Part shown: piece by piece, positions 15,917 to 25,124 of the stretch
Position numbering within the stretch: position 1 is the stretch's first letter
How the letters are laid out: every line of letters starts with the position of its first letter
The notes under the pieces: model-generated
Seen by the model: the letters and a program-made list of their open reading frames with translations, nothing else
Told to the model about the DNA's origin: nothing
Databases searched by the model: none
Source: a virus
DNA: 64,000 nucleotides
Reading direction: 5' to 3' (one strand)
IMG/VR virus record: IMGVR_UViG_3300025769_012879
Location: 1-64,000 of that record
Program-made: the position numbers and the translations under genes

Positions 15917-18900
15917 ATGCACGAAATTAAAAATTTTTCAACCAAGTCTTTAAAAAGAGATCTTCTAGAAGAATTTCTCAATTACATGAACGAAGAGTTA
16001 TCAATAGATCAACCTTACTCTCTCTACTTTGTTGATGATAAAGAAAATGCCTCTGAAGCACTTGGCAAGACTGCCATGTATAACCCTTCTACAAACTCAG
16101 TTTACATTTATGTTACGAATAGGCACCCAAAAGACATTATGCGTTCTATTGCTCATGAGTTGGTTCACCACAAGCAAAATTGCAGCGGTGAATTACAAAA
16201 TATGTCATTTGAAAAAGCAGAAACTGATGCTAATGCTGGCGGTTTTTTTCTTAGAAAGTTTGAAGATGGTAGAAAGAAGATGGAAGAGCAGAAAGTACAA
16301 TTAAATGTTGGTGCTCGCAAACGTAAAGATATTATAGCAGATTATGAGGACGGCGACCTACCACAACTTAAAATTACAACTGCTAAACAACAAAAAGCAA
16401 TATTAAACACAAATTCGGATAGCAAAACTGGAAAATGTGAAACAGGGTATGAGAAAAGAAAAATAGGTGGTAGGAACCTAGTTTTTCAAAATAAAGAGAT
16501 CTGCCTTCCAAAAGAATTGAATAAAGAATTCCCAGTGGGGAATTTTTCAGGTGTTCTAGCAACAAATAAAGACGTGGCACTTATGGTCAAGGATGTTCAA
16601 AAAAATGGTGCTAACAGTATCTTTTTAACAGATTTGGTTCCTGATTCACTAACTAATGCGATACTTTCATTTGAGATTATAAAGAAGGATCTTGAAGTCG
16701 TTAAAGGATTAAAAACACCCGGTGAAGATTATATACCAAAAAGATCTAAATTCAAAAAAGATCTGAAAAATTATGAAAAAGAAGTTAAAAAGTTTGTAGA
16801 ACTTCAAAAAGACAAAATTGGTGCTAAACCACCAGAATTTCCTAAATCAGATATACAATTGTACACAAAAAGTCAATTGGAGGCGGCAACCAGACTCTAT
16901 TATTTAAACAGGGATGGGGTTTTATTAATTCCAGGTAGAACTATAAGAAGTACAGATATAATTGGCAAAAAATTTGAAGATTGGATATTTGGCGCTGATG
17001 TAAATAACTTTGGACGTGTATATAAAGTAAATCCAGAGCAACTTGAATTATATAGAAGAAAAATTAAACCCAGTGAAAAAAAACTGGAAAGTATAATGGG
17101 CGTTGAAGCAGCAGGAGCACAAGTTATAAAATGGGGCGGCAAAGATAGAAAATATGACCCATTGCTAAAAATTCAAGACGGACTAGATTTGGTCGGATTA
17201 AGTGTAGATCCCTACGGCGTTGGTGTCGCAGCAGATTTTATTAATGGTCTTATATATTTTGAAAAATGGGTTCTATATGATAAACCCCCGTTCGTAAAAA
17301 TTCCATTGCCAGATGCTTTAAAAGAATATACAAGTGTTTTTGGTGCGGAAAATATTTATCTACCATCAGAGAACTGGTGGATGTCTATGGTGTCTTTTGC
17401 TGGTGTTACTGTATTTGGAGACACTGCAAAAATAACTAGAGGACCTCTGGTTAGTTATGTTAGAGCAATGGAGAGATCCGTATCGGCATTGAAAGGAATG
17501 ACAGGTCGTACCTCAAGCACACTTTATTTAAAAACTTTTCAAAGAATGATGGATTTGCTTCAAACTATTTGGTTGCCAATCAAAGATGTTCTGCTTTCTT
17601 TAATCAGCGGAAAGAAACGCGAGTTCGCTGAGTCTTTTTTGGGTCTAATAATGTCACGCCCTATTGCTAAAAAAGTTGCAAAAGAATTATTTGGGGACGG
17701 TAAATTGCCCGATTGGTTTAAAAAAATTGATGATGGAATGACTGAAGTAATTAAGTCATCACGAAAATTTGTATTAACTGTTGCCAAAAGAAAGACTGCG
17801 ATTAAAGAAGCGATAAATACAGTTACTGCGGAGTACGCAAAAGAAATTACTAGCAAACTAGTATCAACACTTGGAGTCGATGAGATTGCCGGTGTTCTTG
17901 CAAAAAAACTACAGCAAGACTTTGATATTGGTCTTATTGATCAATTATATGATGCTGCTGGTAACTTAATTTGGACAAAGATACCTAGAGATTTAGATAA
18001 AATTGCTGACCCCGTTCTTAGAACAAAATTAAATAATATGAATAAAACTCAGTTGGCGAATTGGGCGAAGGAGTCTTTCAAAGATGCGGCAGAGAGTGTA
18101 TCAAAGGAAATAGCAGAAGGGATTAGAAAGAGTCCAGAATTCGCCAGGAAGTTTAGTAATCAAGTTTTTGATTTGGTGAACTCATCTAAATTTAGAGAAG
18201 AACTTTTTAAGAAATACAGCAAAGAAATTTTAATAAAGTTAGAGCAATTCGAGGCGGCAGGATTGCCAGTTACAGAGTCAATTATCAGACTTGAAGTTCA
18301 AAGGGTTGTTACAAAAGCGGGCAGCGAAGATCTTGCAGGTCTTGTTACTGGTTCTATTCCATTTATAGAGGAAGAATTTGCTCGCGTTGCTGCAAAGCGA
18401 ATTGGTGGTGAAGCGGCAGCGGAGGCGGGTCTCGCTATTAGAGCAGGGTGGTATAGCAAATTCATGAGAATGGTAAAAGCATTCATTGCTAAAAACGTTT
18501 TTGTGACCCAGGGTATTGGAGGTATCCTTTATAAGAAACTATTCAATAGCATGAAAGATGAATTTTTAAAAGTTTTCAAGGCAACAACATACGAAAATTT
18601 GAAATTCGGACCTAAAATAGTGAGACCACTCTGGGGTCTTGCGGTAACTTACTTTAAACTGCTATTATTTCTTGCTGCTGGTAAGACGAATACGTTCTTG
18701 CACATTTACGCTAGATATTATAGACCTATTTGTGGTGAACGAGACTTTGTAAAATATTTCAACAATATTGTTATTCCTGCCATTGCGGTAATATGGAAAG
18801 CGGCGCTAACACCAATGTCCGCTACATATGACTATCTTGCTGGTACCCCACCTAAAAATCCCGGTCCAGTGTTTTATAAGCAGACTTTATTTGAAACCTT

Positions 18901-19552
18901 TAAAATGTTTATTACACCTGAGACTGGTGAAATTCAAATTAATTTTGGGACAGGGACATCTGGTTTTGTAAAAACGCTAGAGTGTAAAAGATTTTCCAAG
19001 ATTAAAAAGAGTGAAGTTGGTAAATCCTCCGATGCACAAACTAGAATAAAACTCAAAAAAGTATATTTTGATCACGCCAAAAACGTCACAGATAGATTAA
19101 ATGCTTTAATAAAGGAAGATGAAAGATTAACCAAACAGTTTATAGAAAATACAATCAATCAAGCAACTACAGACGAAGTTAAGGATCAAAATGACGCCAA
19201 TACAAGTGTAGCATCTGATGCTGCTCAAGCAACAGCAAAACAAAAATCCGATGCTGCCGAACGTGAAAGGCAAAGAAATAAAGAACAAAAAGAATTACGC
19301 GATCGACTTCGTGCGGCACGACAAGGTAGGAAAACTGGGTTTAAGGAACCCCCTAAAAGTTCAACGCCTGCTGCTAAACCTGCAACAACGCCTACTACTA
19401 AACCTGCAACAACAGCACCCGCTGCTAGACCAGCACCACCGACATCCCCAGGTGACAGTCAGATGACAGGCGAGTCTAAAAATCTTTCTGATTATCGAAA
19501 AGATATATTAGAAGAAAGATTAGAAAAACTTATAATAGGATTTACTAAATGA
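15917..19552 (+). CDS. Multidomain protein: N-terminal zincin, pre-toxin-TG-like segment, long helical region
   Basis: RSIAHELVHHKQ..E.DAN; LDLVGLSVDPYGVGVAADFINGLIY..GDTAK; P/A/T-rich linker near the C terminus. Confidence 0.7.
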   Translation: MHEIKNFSTKSLKRDLLEEFLNYMNEELSIDQPYSLYFVDDKENASEALGKTAMYNPSTNSVYIYVTNRHPKDIMRSIAHELVHHKQNCSGELQNMSFEKAETDANAGGFFLRKFEDGRKKMEEQKVQLNVGARKRKDIIADYEDGDLPQLKITTAKQQKAILNTNSDSKTGKCETGYEKRKIGGRNLVFQNKEICLPKELNKEFPVGNFSGVLATNKDVALMVKDVQKNGANSIFLTDLVPDSLTNAILSFEIIKKDLEVVKGLKTPGEDYIPKRSKFKKDLKNYEKEVKKFVELQKDKIGAKPPEFPKSDIQLYTKSQLEAATRLYYLNRDGVLLIPGRTIRSTDIIGKKFEDWIFGADVNNFGRVYKVNPEQLELYRRKIKPSEKKLESIMGVEAAGAQVIKWGGKDRKYDPLLKIQDGLDLVGLSVDPYGVGVAADFINGLIYFEKWVLYDKPPFVKIPLPDALKEYTSVFGAENIYLPSENWWMSMVSFAGVTVFGDTAKITRGPLVSYVRAMERSVSALKGMTGRTSSTLYLKTFQRMMDLLQTIWLPIKDVLLSLISGKKREFAESFLGLIMSRPIAKKVAKELFGDGKLPDWFKKIDDGMTEVIKSSRKFVLTVAKRKTAIKEAINTVTAEYAKEITSKLVSTLGVDEIAGVLAKKLQQDFDIGLIDQLYDAAGNLIWTKIPRDLDKIADPVLRTKLNNMNKTQLANWAKESFKDAAESVSKEIAEGIRKSPEFARKFSNQVFDLVNSSKFREELFKKYSKEILIKLEQFEAAGLPVTESIIRLEVQRVVTKAGSEDLAGLVTGSIPFIEEEFARVAAKRIGGEAAAEAGLAIRAGWYSKFMRMVKAFIAKNVFVTQGIGGILYKKLFNSMKDEFLKVFKATTYENLKFGPKIVRPLWGLAVTYFKLLLFLAAGKTNTFLHIYARYYRPICGERDFVKYFNNIVIPAIAVIWKAALTPMSATYDYLAGTPPKNPGPVFYKQTLFETFKMFITPETGEIQINFGTGTSGFVKTLECKRFSKIKKSEVGKSSDAQTRIKLKKVYFDHAKNVTDRLNALIKEDERLTKQFIENTINQATTDEVKDQNDANTSVASDAAQATAKQKSDAAERERQRNKEQKELRDRLRAARQGRKTGFKEPPKSSTPAAKPATTPTTKPATTAPAARPAPPTSPGDSQMTGESKNLSDYRKDILEERLEKLIIGFTK

Positions 19553-19743
19553 GTTTAAATAGAAACGATGTAAAGACAGAAATTTATCGCCTACTTGAAC
19601 TTGGTACAATCACTGATGACCAAGCAAATCAAATTTTTGATAAATCGTATGAAAATCAACAAAACAATAGTGATGTAATGCTAAATATAAGTGACACTGC
19701 TGCTGAGTGGGTTCAACAAAAAATAACAGAGTTAGGATTTTAA
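19549..19743 (+). CDS. Hypothetical protein
   Basis: ATGA-type overlap within the operon. Confidence 0.65.
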   Translation: MSLNRNDVKTEIYRLLELGTITDDQANQIFDKSYENQQNNSDVMLNISDTAAEWVQQKITELGF

Positions 19744-19746
19744 TAA

Positions 19747-20733
19747 ATGGCAACTGCTGCATTAGACGCATATTATCTTTATCGTAAAACTACCGACACT
19801 GGTAGAGTAGCATTATCAAGTCCTACAACCTTGTTTGCTTCTGGTGTTGACTCAAGCATTAGTGCTTTAACCAATATTGGTTTTACATTTAATTTTAATA
19901 ATACTGACTATACTCAGTTTGCTGCTTGTACAGATGGTTATATCCAACTTGGTGCTGCGGATACTGCTGATTTTACAAACGATTTAATCCAGGTTGATAC
20001 AAGAACTATTCTTTGCCCATGGTGGGACGATTTAAAGACTATGGGTAATGGTCTTCGCTATGAATTACAAGGTACTTCACCAAATAGAAAACTTGTTGTT
20101 GACTTTGATTCTCAGATTTTTTGGAATGATAGTGATCCAAACTTAAAATTTCAAGTCATCCTTTACGAGACAACGAACAGAATTGAATTTAGATATGATG
20201 ATCCTGCATCATCAAGTGGGGCATCAAGCAGTGCTTCTGTTGGTGCAAAAATAACAATCACCAGCAATGCTGGCACTGATGCTGATGGCAAGTTTAGAGA
20301 CTTTGTTGGTTCTACAGTTTCACCTTATGATGTAGAAAACAACTCCAATGGTGGATGGTCTCAAGTCATGCGTGATGGTGCTGTTGTTAAGATTCCAAAC
20401 AACACACAAGTTGGTACAGAAGGAAGAGATTTTCCTGGTGATCCTGATAACGATCAGCAAGGCGAACAATACTACTTCCTATTCTCGCCTGACGAAGAAG
20501 GCGGCGGTGGCGGCGGCGGTGACACCGATGGTGATGAAGGTGCAAAATTTAATGTTAATCCAGAAGGGTCATTTGACGGTCCTTTAATCACACGATTTAG
20601 TGCAGTAAATACAAATTACAATAAAACGGGTGGAGTTGAACAAATTCCTTTTTCCCTACAACAACCAGGACCTTTTTCATTAAAGTTTAGAGGCACAGCA
20701 TTTAAAATAACATCAGGAGACTCAAATGAATAA
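19747..20733 (+). CDS. Beta-rich extracellular-type (nidogen-like) domain protein, probably virion-associated
   Basis: IGFTFNF..TDGYI..PWWDDL..GTSPNR..FQVILYE..IEFRY; poly-Gly linker 20500-20520. Confidence 0.6.
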   Translation: MATAALDAYYLYRKTTDTGRVALSSPTTLFASGVDSSISALTNIGFTFNFNNTDYTQFAACTDGYIQLGAADTADFTNDLIQVDTRTILCPWWDDLKTMGNGLRYELQGTSPNRKLVVDFDSQIFWNDSDPNLKFQVILYETTNRIEFRYDDPASSSGASSSASVGAKITITSNAGTDADGKFRDFVGSTVSPYDVENNSNGGWSQVMRDGAVVKIPNNTQVGTEGRDFPGDPDNDQQGEQYYFLFSPDEEGGGGGGGDTDGDEGAKFNVNPEGSFDGPLITRFSAVNTNYNKTGGVEQIPFSLQQPGPFSLKFRGTAFKITSGDSNE

Positions 20734-23700
20734 AATCCTAAATGAAGGCGGCAATATTTTTAAAGGTGCTGAAGGTGGATCAGAAACCATTCGTATTAAG
20801 CGTGAAGATGTTGACCCTACTCTTGAATGGTTAGAAGGTATTTTAGGTATTGATCTTGTTAATTTTAAGTTGGGAACAACCGGTAGAAAAGAAACATCTG
20901 GTGATTTAGATATTGCTATTGATAAGGATAAGGTATCAAAAGACGATCTTATCAAAAAGTTATTAGCATGGGTAAATGAAAATCATCCCGAACTTGACCT
21001 AGCAAATTCTGATGAAAAAGAGATGAAACAAAAGGTTCGTCAATGGATTGCAAAATCAGGTACATCAGTTCACTTCAAAACACCAATTCGTGGTGATGAA
21101 GCAAATGGTTTTGTTCAGACAGACCTTATGTTTGGTAACCCAGATTTCATGCTTTGGGCAGTCAAAGGCGAGATGGGACCAAGCGAGTATCGTGGTGGGG
21201 ATAGACAGAACTTAATTAATGCCATTGCAACGCAGCGTGGTTACGCCTGGAGCGCTTTCTTTGGTCTAAAGGATAGAGAGTCTGGCGAAAGGACAAACGA
21301 CCCGCAGGAGGTCGTAGACAAGGTTCTAGGACCAGGACATAAACCTGAAGACTTTGACAGTATTTACACACTATTTGATATTATTGCTGATAAAGAGAAA
21401 TATCCCGACGATGTTTATGAGGCAATACGCGAAAAAGCAGGTTTTGAGTTTCCACACCGTGATGAGACTTTAGACGAGGCAAAGAAAATTGAACCTCGTA
21501 TTCAACATGCTGAAGATTTAATTTTCTTTGAAGGCAGTGAAGGCGCTATGCGTGCTCTTGACGCTCTTGAAAAGATGAATGATCCCGAAGGTCGCCCAGA
21601 GACATCTCTAAAATGGGACGGTTCACCAGCAGTTATTTTTGGTCGTGATGCAGATGGTAAATTTATTTTTACTGATAAGAGTGGGTTTGGTGTAAAGTCA
21701 TATAAAGGCAAGGTCGAATCTGAACAGGAAATGGAAGACATGTACCGTGCTCGTTCAGAGCGTGCGGCTAAAAAGATGGGTGTTGATCCAGAAGGTGTTT
21801 TCCAGAAAAGATATTCAAAGATTACTCCTATGATGCAGAAAGCATTTAGGTTAGCAGAAAAATCAGTTGATCCTGACCACAGAGGATACTTCTTTGGTGA
21901 GGTTCTTTACTTCGATAAACCAAAGGTTGAAGACGGCAAGTTTGTTTTCAAACCAAATATGGTAAAGTATAAGGTTGCAACTGACTCAGAAATTGGTAAA
22001 AAGATTGCAAATTCAGATGTTGGTATTGTTTTGCACCTAAAGAAAGACGTTGAAACTCTTGAAAATCAACCACTTGATTTTGAAGGTATGACGCCAGATT
22101 CAGATATTCTTTTCTTTGGTAAGACATTTATTGAAAAACCAGTTGGTGTTGACGATACAGAAGTTGCTGAAATAAAACAAATGGTTTCTACAAATTCTCA
22201 AGCAATTGATGGATTTTTCAACGCTGAAAAATTACGCAAGTTTGCTATTTCTGATTTACCAAATCTATTTTACACTTATCTCAACAGTAAGGTTGATACT
22301 GGATTAGAAAACTTGGGTGGTGATTTTATTGAGTGGATGAACAGTAAAGATAGAATCTCATCACAAAAGAAAGAAAATGTAGCAAACTACATTAATGATA
22401 ATAAAGATACTTTTGATATTATTTGGCAAATTGTTTCTAGAACTATGAAAGTTAAAGATGACGTTATTGCCAATATTGATTCACAGGGTGGGTTGGAATT
22501 TAGTCAATCACTCGGTGATGAAGAAGTAGGTGAGGGTTATGTCCTTTCCGATGAAGGCAAATTAATCAAGTTGGTTGATCGCTCTAAATTTACAAGAGCA
22601 AATCGTTCAGTTGTTAGAGAACAAGAGGAACTTGATCCCGACTATGAGGATGATCTCGCAGGTCAGATTGCTGATATCGCAGACGTTGAAACACACGTCT
22701 TTATTCCTGGTGGATTTAAACCACCACACAAAGGACACCTTTCACTACTTCTTCAGGCAATTGATAAATACCCTGATGCCATTGTTCATATTACAAGTGG
22801 TCCAACAAAGCGAACTGCTGGTGATTTAGAGATCAGCGCTGAACAAGCAAAACAAGTTTGGGAAAAATATATTGAAAAATATGGAATTAGTAATGAAGTA
22901 GAACTTGACTATTTTGATCGTTTTGCCACAAACAGAAAGAAAAAAGATGGATCTGTAATAACTTCATCAAGTCCATTCCTTAGAATTGGTCTTAGAATGG
23001 AAAATGAATTAGATCCAAATTCAAAGGTTGTCGCTGTATCTTCAGAAGATGAGCATATCAATTTTGTAAAAAATGCAGCAACTTATCTAAATGATAAGAA
23101 AGAAAAGAATTTCACTTTTGAACCATTAAAAGCAGAAAAAATTGAAGTTGAACCTGGAGTTAAATTCTCTGCTACTCAAATGCGTAAAGCAATTAGTGAA
23201 GGTGATTTCGATACATTCAAAGCATTCATGCCAGAAAAACTTTCTGATGATGATGCAAAAGAAATATTTGAAATGCTTGGGGGTGTTATGGGTGAGGCAT
23301 CCGTCGCTGCAAATATCGGGGGTTATTCGCTCCCTTTTGGATCGGATGAAAATCAAAACGAACAAACTATTTATAGGGAGCAGTTACGTCAAGTAATCAG
23401 ACATTTAATTACCAAAGAGAGAGATGAAATGTTAAGTGAAGAAAAACAATTAAGACAACTTATTAGACAAATTATTAAAGAAAATGATACTCCAACTAAA
23501 TCTACTGGATTAAATAAATTAATTCAAGCATTGAAGATTATTCTTCCAACTGTAGAGAATGGTTATAAATCTTTAACTACTGATAAGGAACAAAGAGACT
23601 CATTTAAGCAGCACTATCTCAAAGCAATCATTGATACTCTCTCACCACAAGATGCTATTCGTGATGCGTCTGGTGGCGAAGCATCTGCCATGCTAGGTGG

Positions 23701-24202
23701 TTCTGCACTTGAAGAACAAGAAGAGATTGAGGTGAATGTAACTGATGACGTCGCAGATCCAGCAGATTTAAGTGCCGATATCGAAGAGACAGAACCAGAA
23801 GACGTTACTCAGATTAAAAGAGATGCTGGTGTAACATTAAAAGATATTGAAGGTAAGAAAACTGATATTCCATTACCACAGATTCCTGGTTTAGATGAAA
23901 CTGGTAGAGATGAATCAGTTGATGTATATAAAAAGACTGTTGATGCTATTACTAGAAACTACAGAACTCTACATAATGAAAGTGATAGAAAAGAATTTAA
24001 AGAATATCTTGTAACTAATTTATTACTTTACTTTGATAAGTTTGAAAATGATATTGCTCCTGAGTTAAATCCTGTTACTACACCTGAGTATGAGAAACAG
24101 AAAGCAGAAAAAGCACAGTTCACTTCACAGGGTGCAGAAACAGTATCTGAAGAAATTAAGAAAGCAATAAGAGAAACATTAAAGAATAGTTTATTTGGAT
24201 GA
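20726..24202 (+). CDS. Polyprotein: Pol-beta NTase, ligase-like KWDG (DUF6267-like) domain, HIGH cytidylyltransferase-like domain, C-terminal module
   Basis: GTTG..SGDLDIAID; HAED..KWDGSPA..GEGYV..KLVDRSKF; PGGFKPPHKGH..SATQMR. Confidence 0.75.
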   Translation: MNKILNEGGNIFKGAEGGSETIRIKREDVDPTLEWLEGILGIDLVNFKLGTTGRKETSGDLDIAIDKDKVSKDDLIKKLLAWVNENHPELDLANSDEKEMKQKVRQWIAKSGTSVHFKTPIRGDEANGFVQTDLMFGNPDFMLWAVKGEMGPSEYRGGDRQNLINAIATQRGYAWSAFFGLKDRESGERTNDPQEVVDKVLGPGHKPEDFDSIYTLFDIIADKEKYPDDVYEAIREKAGFEFPHRDETLDEAKKIEPRIQHAEDLIFFEGSEGAMRALDALEKMNDPEGRPETSLKWDGSPAVIFGRDADGKFIFTDKSGFGVKSYKGKVESEQEMEDMYRARSERAAKKMGVDPEGVFQKRYSKITPMMQKAFRLAEKSVDPDHRGYFFGEVLYFDKPKVEDGKFVFKPNMVKYKVATDSEIGKKIANSDVGIVLHLKKDVETLENQPLDFEGMTPDSDILFFGKTFIEKPVGVDDTEVAEIKQMVSTNSQAIDGFFNAEKLRKFAISDLPNLFYTYLNSKVDTGLENLGGDFIEWMNSKDRISSQKKENVANYINDNKDTFDIIWQIVSRTMKVKDDVIANIDSQGGLEFSQSLGDEEVGEGYVLSDEGKLIKLVDRSKFTRANRSVVREQEELDPDYEDDLAGQIADIADVETHVFIPGGFKPPHKGHLSLLLQAIDKYPDAIVHITSGPTKRTAGDLEISAEQAKQVWEKYIEKYGISNEVELDYFDRFATNRKKKDGSVITSSSPFLRIGLRMENELDPNSKVVAVSSEDEHINFVKNAATYLNDKKEKNFTFEPLKAEKIEVEPGVKFSATQMRKAISEGDFDTFKAFMPEKLSDDDAKEIFEMLGGVMGEASVAANIGGYSLPFGSDENQNEQTIYREQLRQVIRHLITKERDEMLSEEKQLRQLIRQIIKENDTPTKSTGLNKLIQALKIILPTVENGYKSLTTDKEQRDSFKQHYLKAIIDTLSPQDAIRDASGGEASAMLGGSALEEQEEIEVNVTDDVADPADLSADIEETEPEDVTQIKRDAGVTLKDIEGKKTDIPLPQIPGLDETGRDESVDVYKKTVDAITRNYRTLHNESDRKEFKEYLVTNLLLYFDKFENDIAPELNPVTTPEYEKQKAEKAQFTSQGAETVSEEIKKAIRETLKNSLFG

Positions 24203-24567
24203 GAAAGAACTTAAAGAAGAACTACTCTATAAAAAAGAAACTCAGATTAGAAAATAAAATAGATGAAGACTTTGAGGTGAGATTGAACAATCTTACCTTA
24301 GAAGATATTATTGCATTAAAGTTAGAGTTGTCAAGTAAAAATTATAAAGGTAAGTTCTATGGTCTTCAGTTATACAAATACATTCAAGACATAGCAAGAG
24401 ATGCAGTAGTTAAGTTTGCTATTGCAGCAACAAACTCAAAAATCAAAGCATCTTATTTATTAGGAATTTCTTATAAACAGTTAAAATATTTACAAAATGG
24501 TTATGACTACGAAGCGTACTTCGATACTACCCACTTAACAGATAAACCTTATGATGATACAATTTAG
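24199..24567 (+). CDS. Fis-type helix-turn-helix protein
   Basis: AIAATNSKIKASYLLGISYKQL. Confidence 0.6.
   Translation: MRKNLKKNYSIKKKLRLENKIDEDFEVRLNNLTLEDIIALKLELSSKNYKGKFYGLQLYKYIQDIARDAVVKFAIAATNSKIKASYLLGISYKQLKYLQNGYDYEAYFDTTHLTDKPYDDTI
24535..24563 (+). promoter_or_regulatory. Host sigma70-type promoter
   Basis: TTAACA-N17-TACAAT with extended TG; ATG 6 nt downstream. Confidence 0.65.
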
Positions 24568-24569
24568 TC

Positions 24570-24881
24570 ATGAAGATTTCAGAACTGGTTGTAGGAGAGT
24601 TCTATATTATAAAACCAACTACCAAAAAGCAGGTAGTAATAAATAAAGATAGTTTAAAGTTATCTTCTTTTTCACCAGTCTATAAAGAAAATAAAGTTTA
24701 TAAGGATTCTCTTTTCATCTATGTTGGTCAGAAAACAGTTCAGGTAGAAAAAAGACTTGACAGTAAGAAAAGAAATGTTTATACTTATAAACCACACATG
24801 ATGCACTGTGTGAAGACTGGTGAAACATTTAAAATAACCAGTTATTATATTCAAACATATTTTGTAAAGCCAAAGAAATAG
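24570..24881 (+). CDS. Hypothetical basic beta-rich protein
   Basis: ORF track. Confidence 0.7.
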   Translation: MKISELVVGEFYIIKPTTKKQVVINKDSLKLSSFSPVYKENKVYKDSLFIYVGQKTVQVEKRLDSKKRNVYTYKPHMMHCVKTGETFKITSYYIQTYFVKPKK

Positions 24882-24890
24882 GAGGGTGCT

Positions 24891-25124
24891 ATGGAGGCAA
24901 ATGGTTTGTTCGGACGACCTTGGAAGGTAGCAGGTCGTTTCGATACTTTTGAGGCAGCAGATAGGAAGCGAAAGCAACTGTCCTCAGAAAAAAATTTACA
25001 AGTAAAAGTAAAAAAGCAGTTGAAGGGTTTTGTAGTTAAGACCCGTTCTACAGTGGTTGAACCACAAGTAGAAGAAAAAAAGTCCCGTAAAAAGCAACGG
25101 AAGGAGAAGACAAGTGATCGCTGA
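24891..25124 (+). CDS. Hypothetical basic protein
   Basis: AGGAGG SD. Confidence 0.7.
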   Translation: MEANGLFGRPWKVAGRFDTFEAADRKRKQLSSEKNLQVKVKKQLKGFVVKTRSTVVEPQVEEKKSRKKQRKEKTSDR

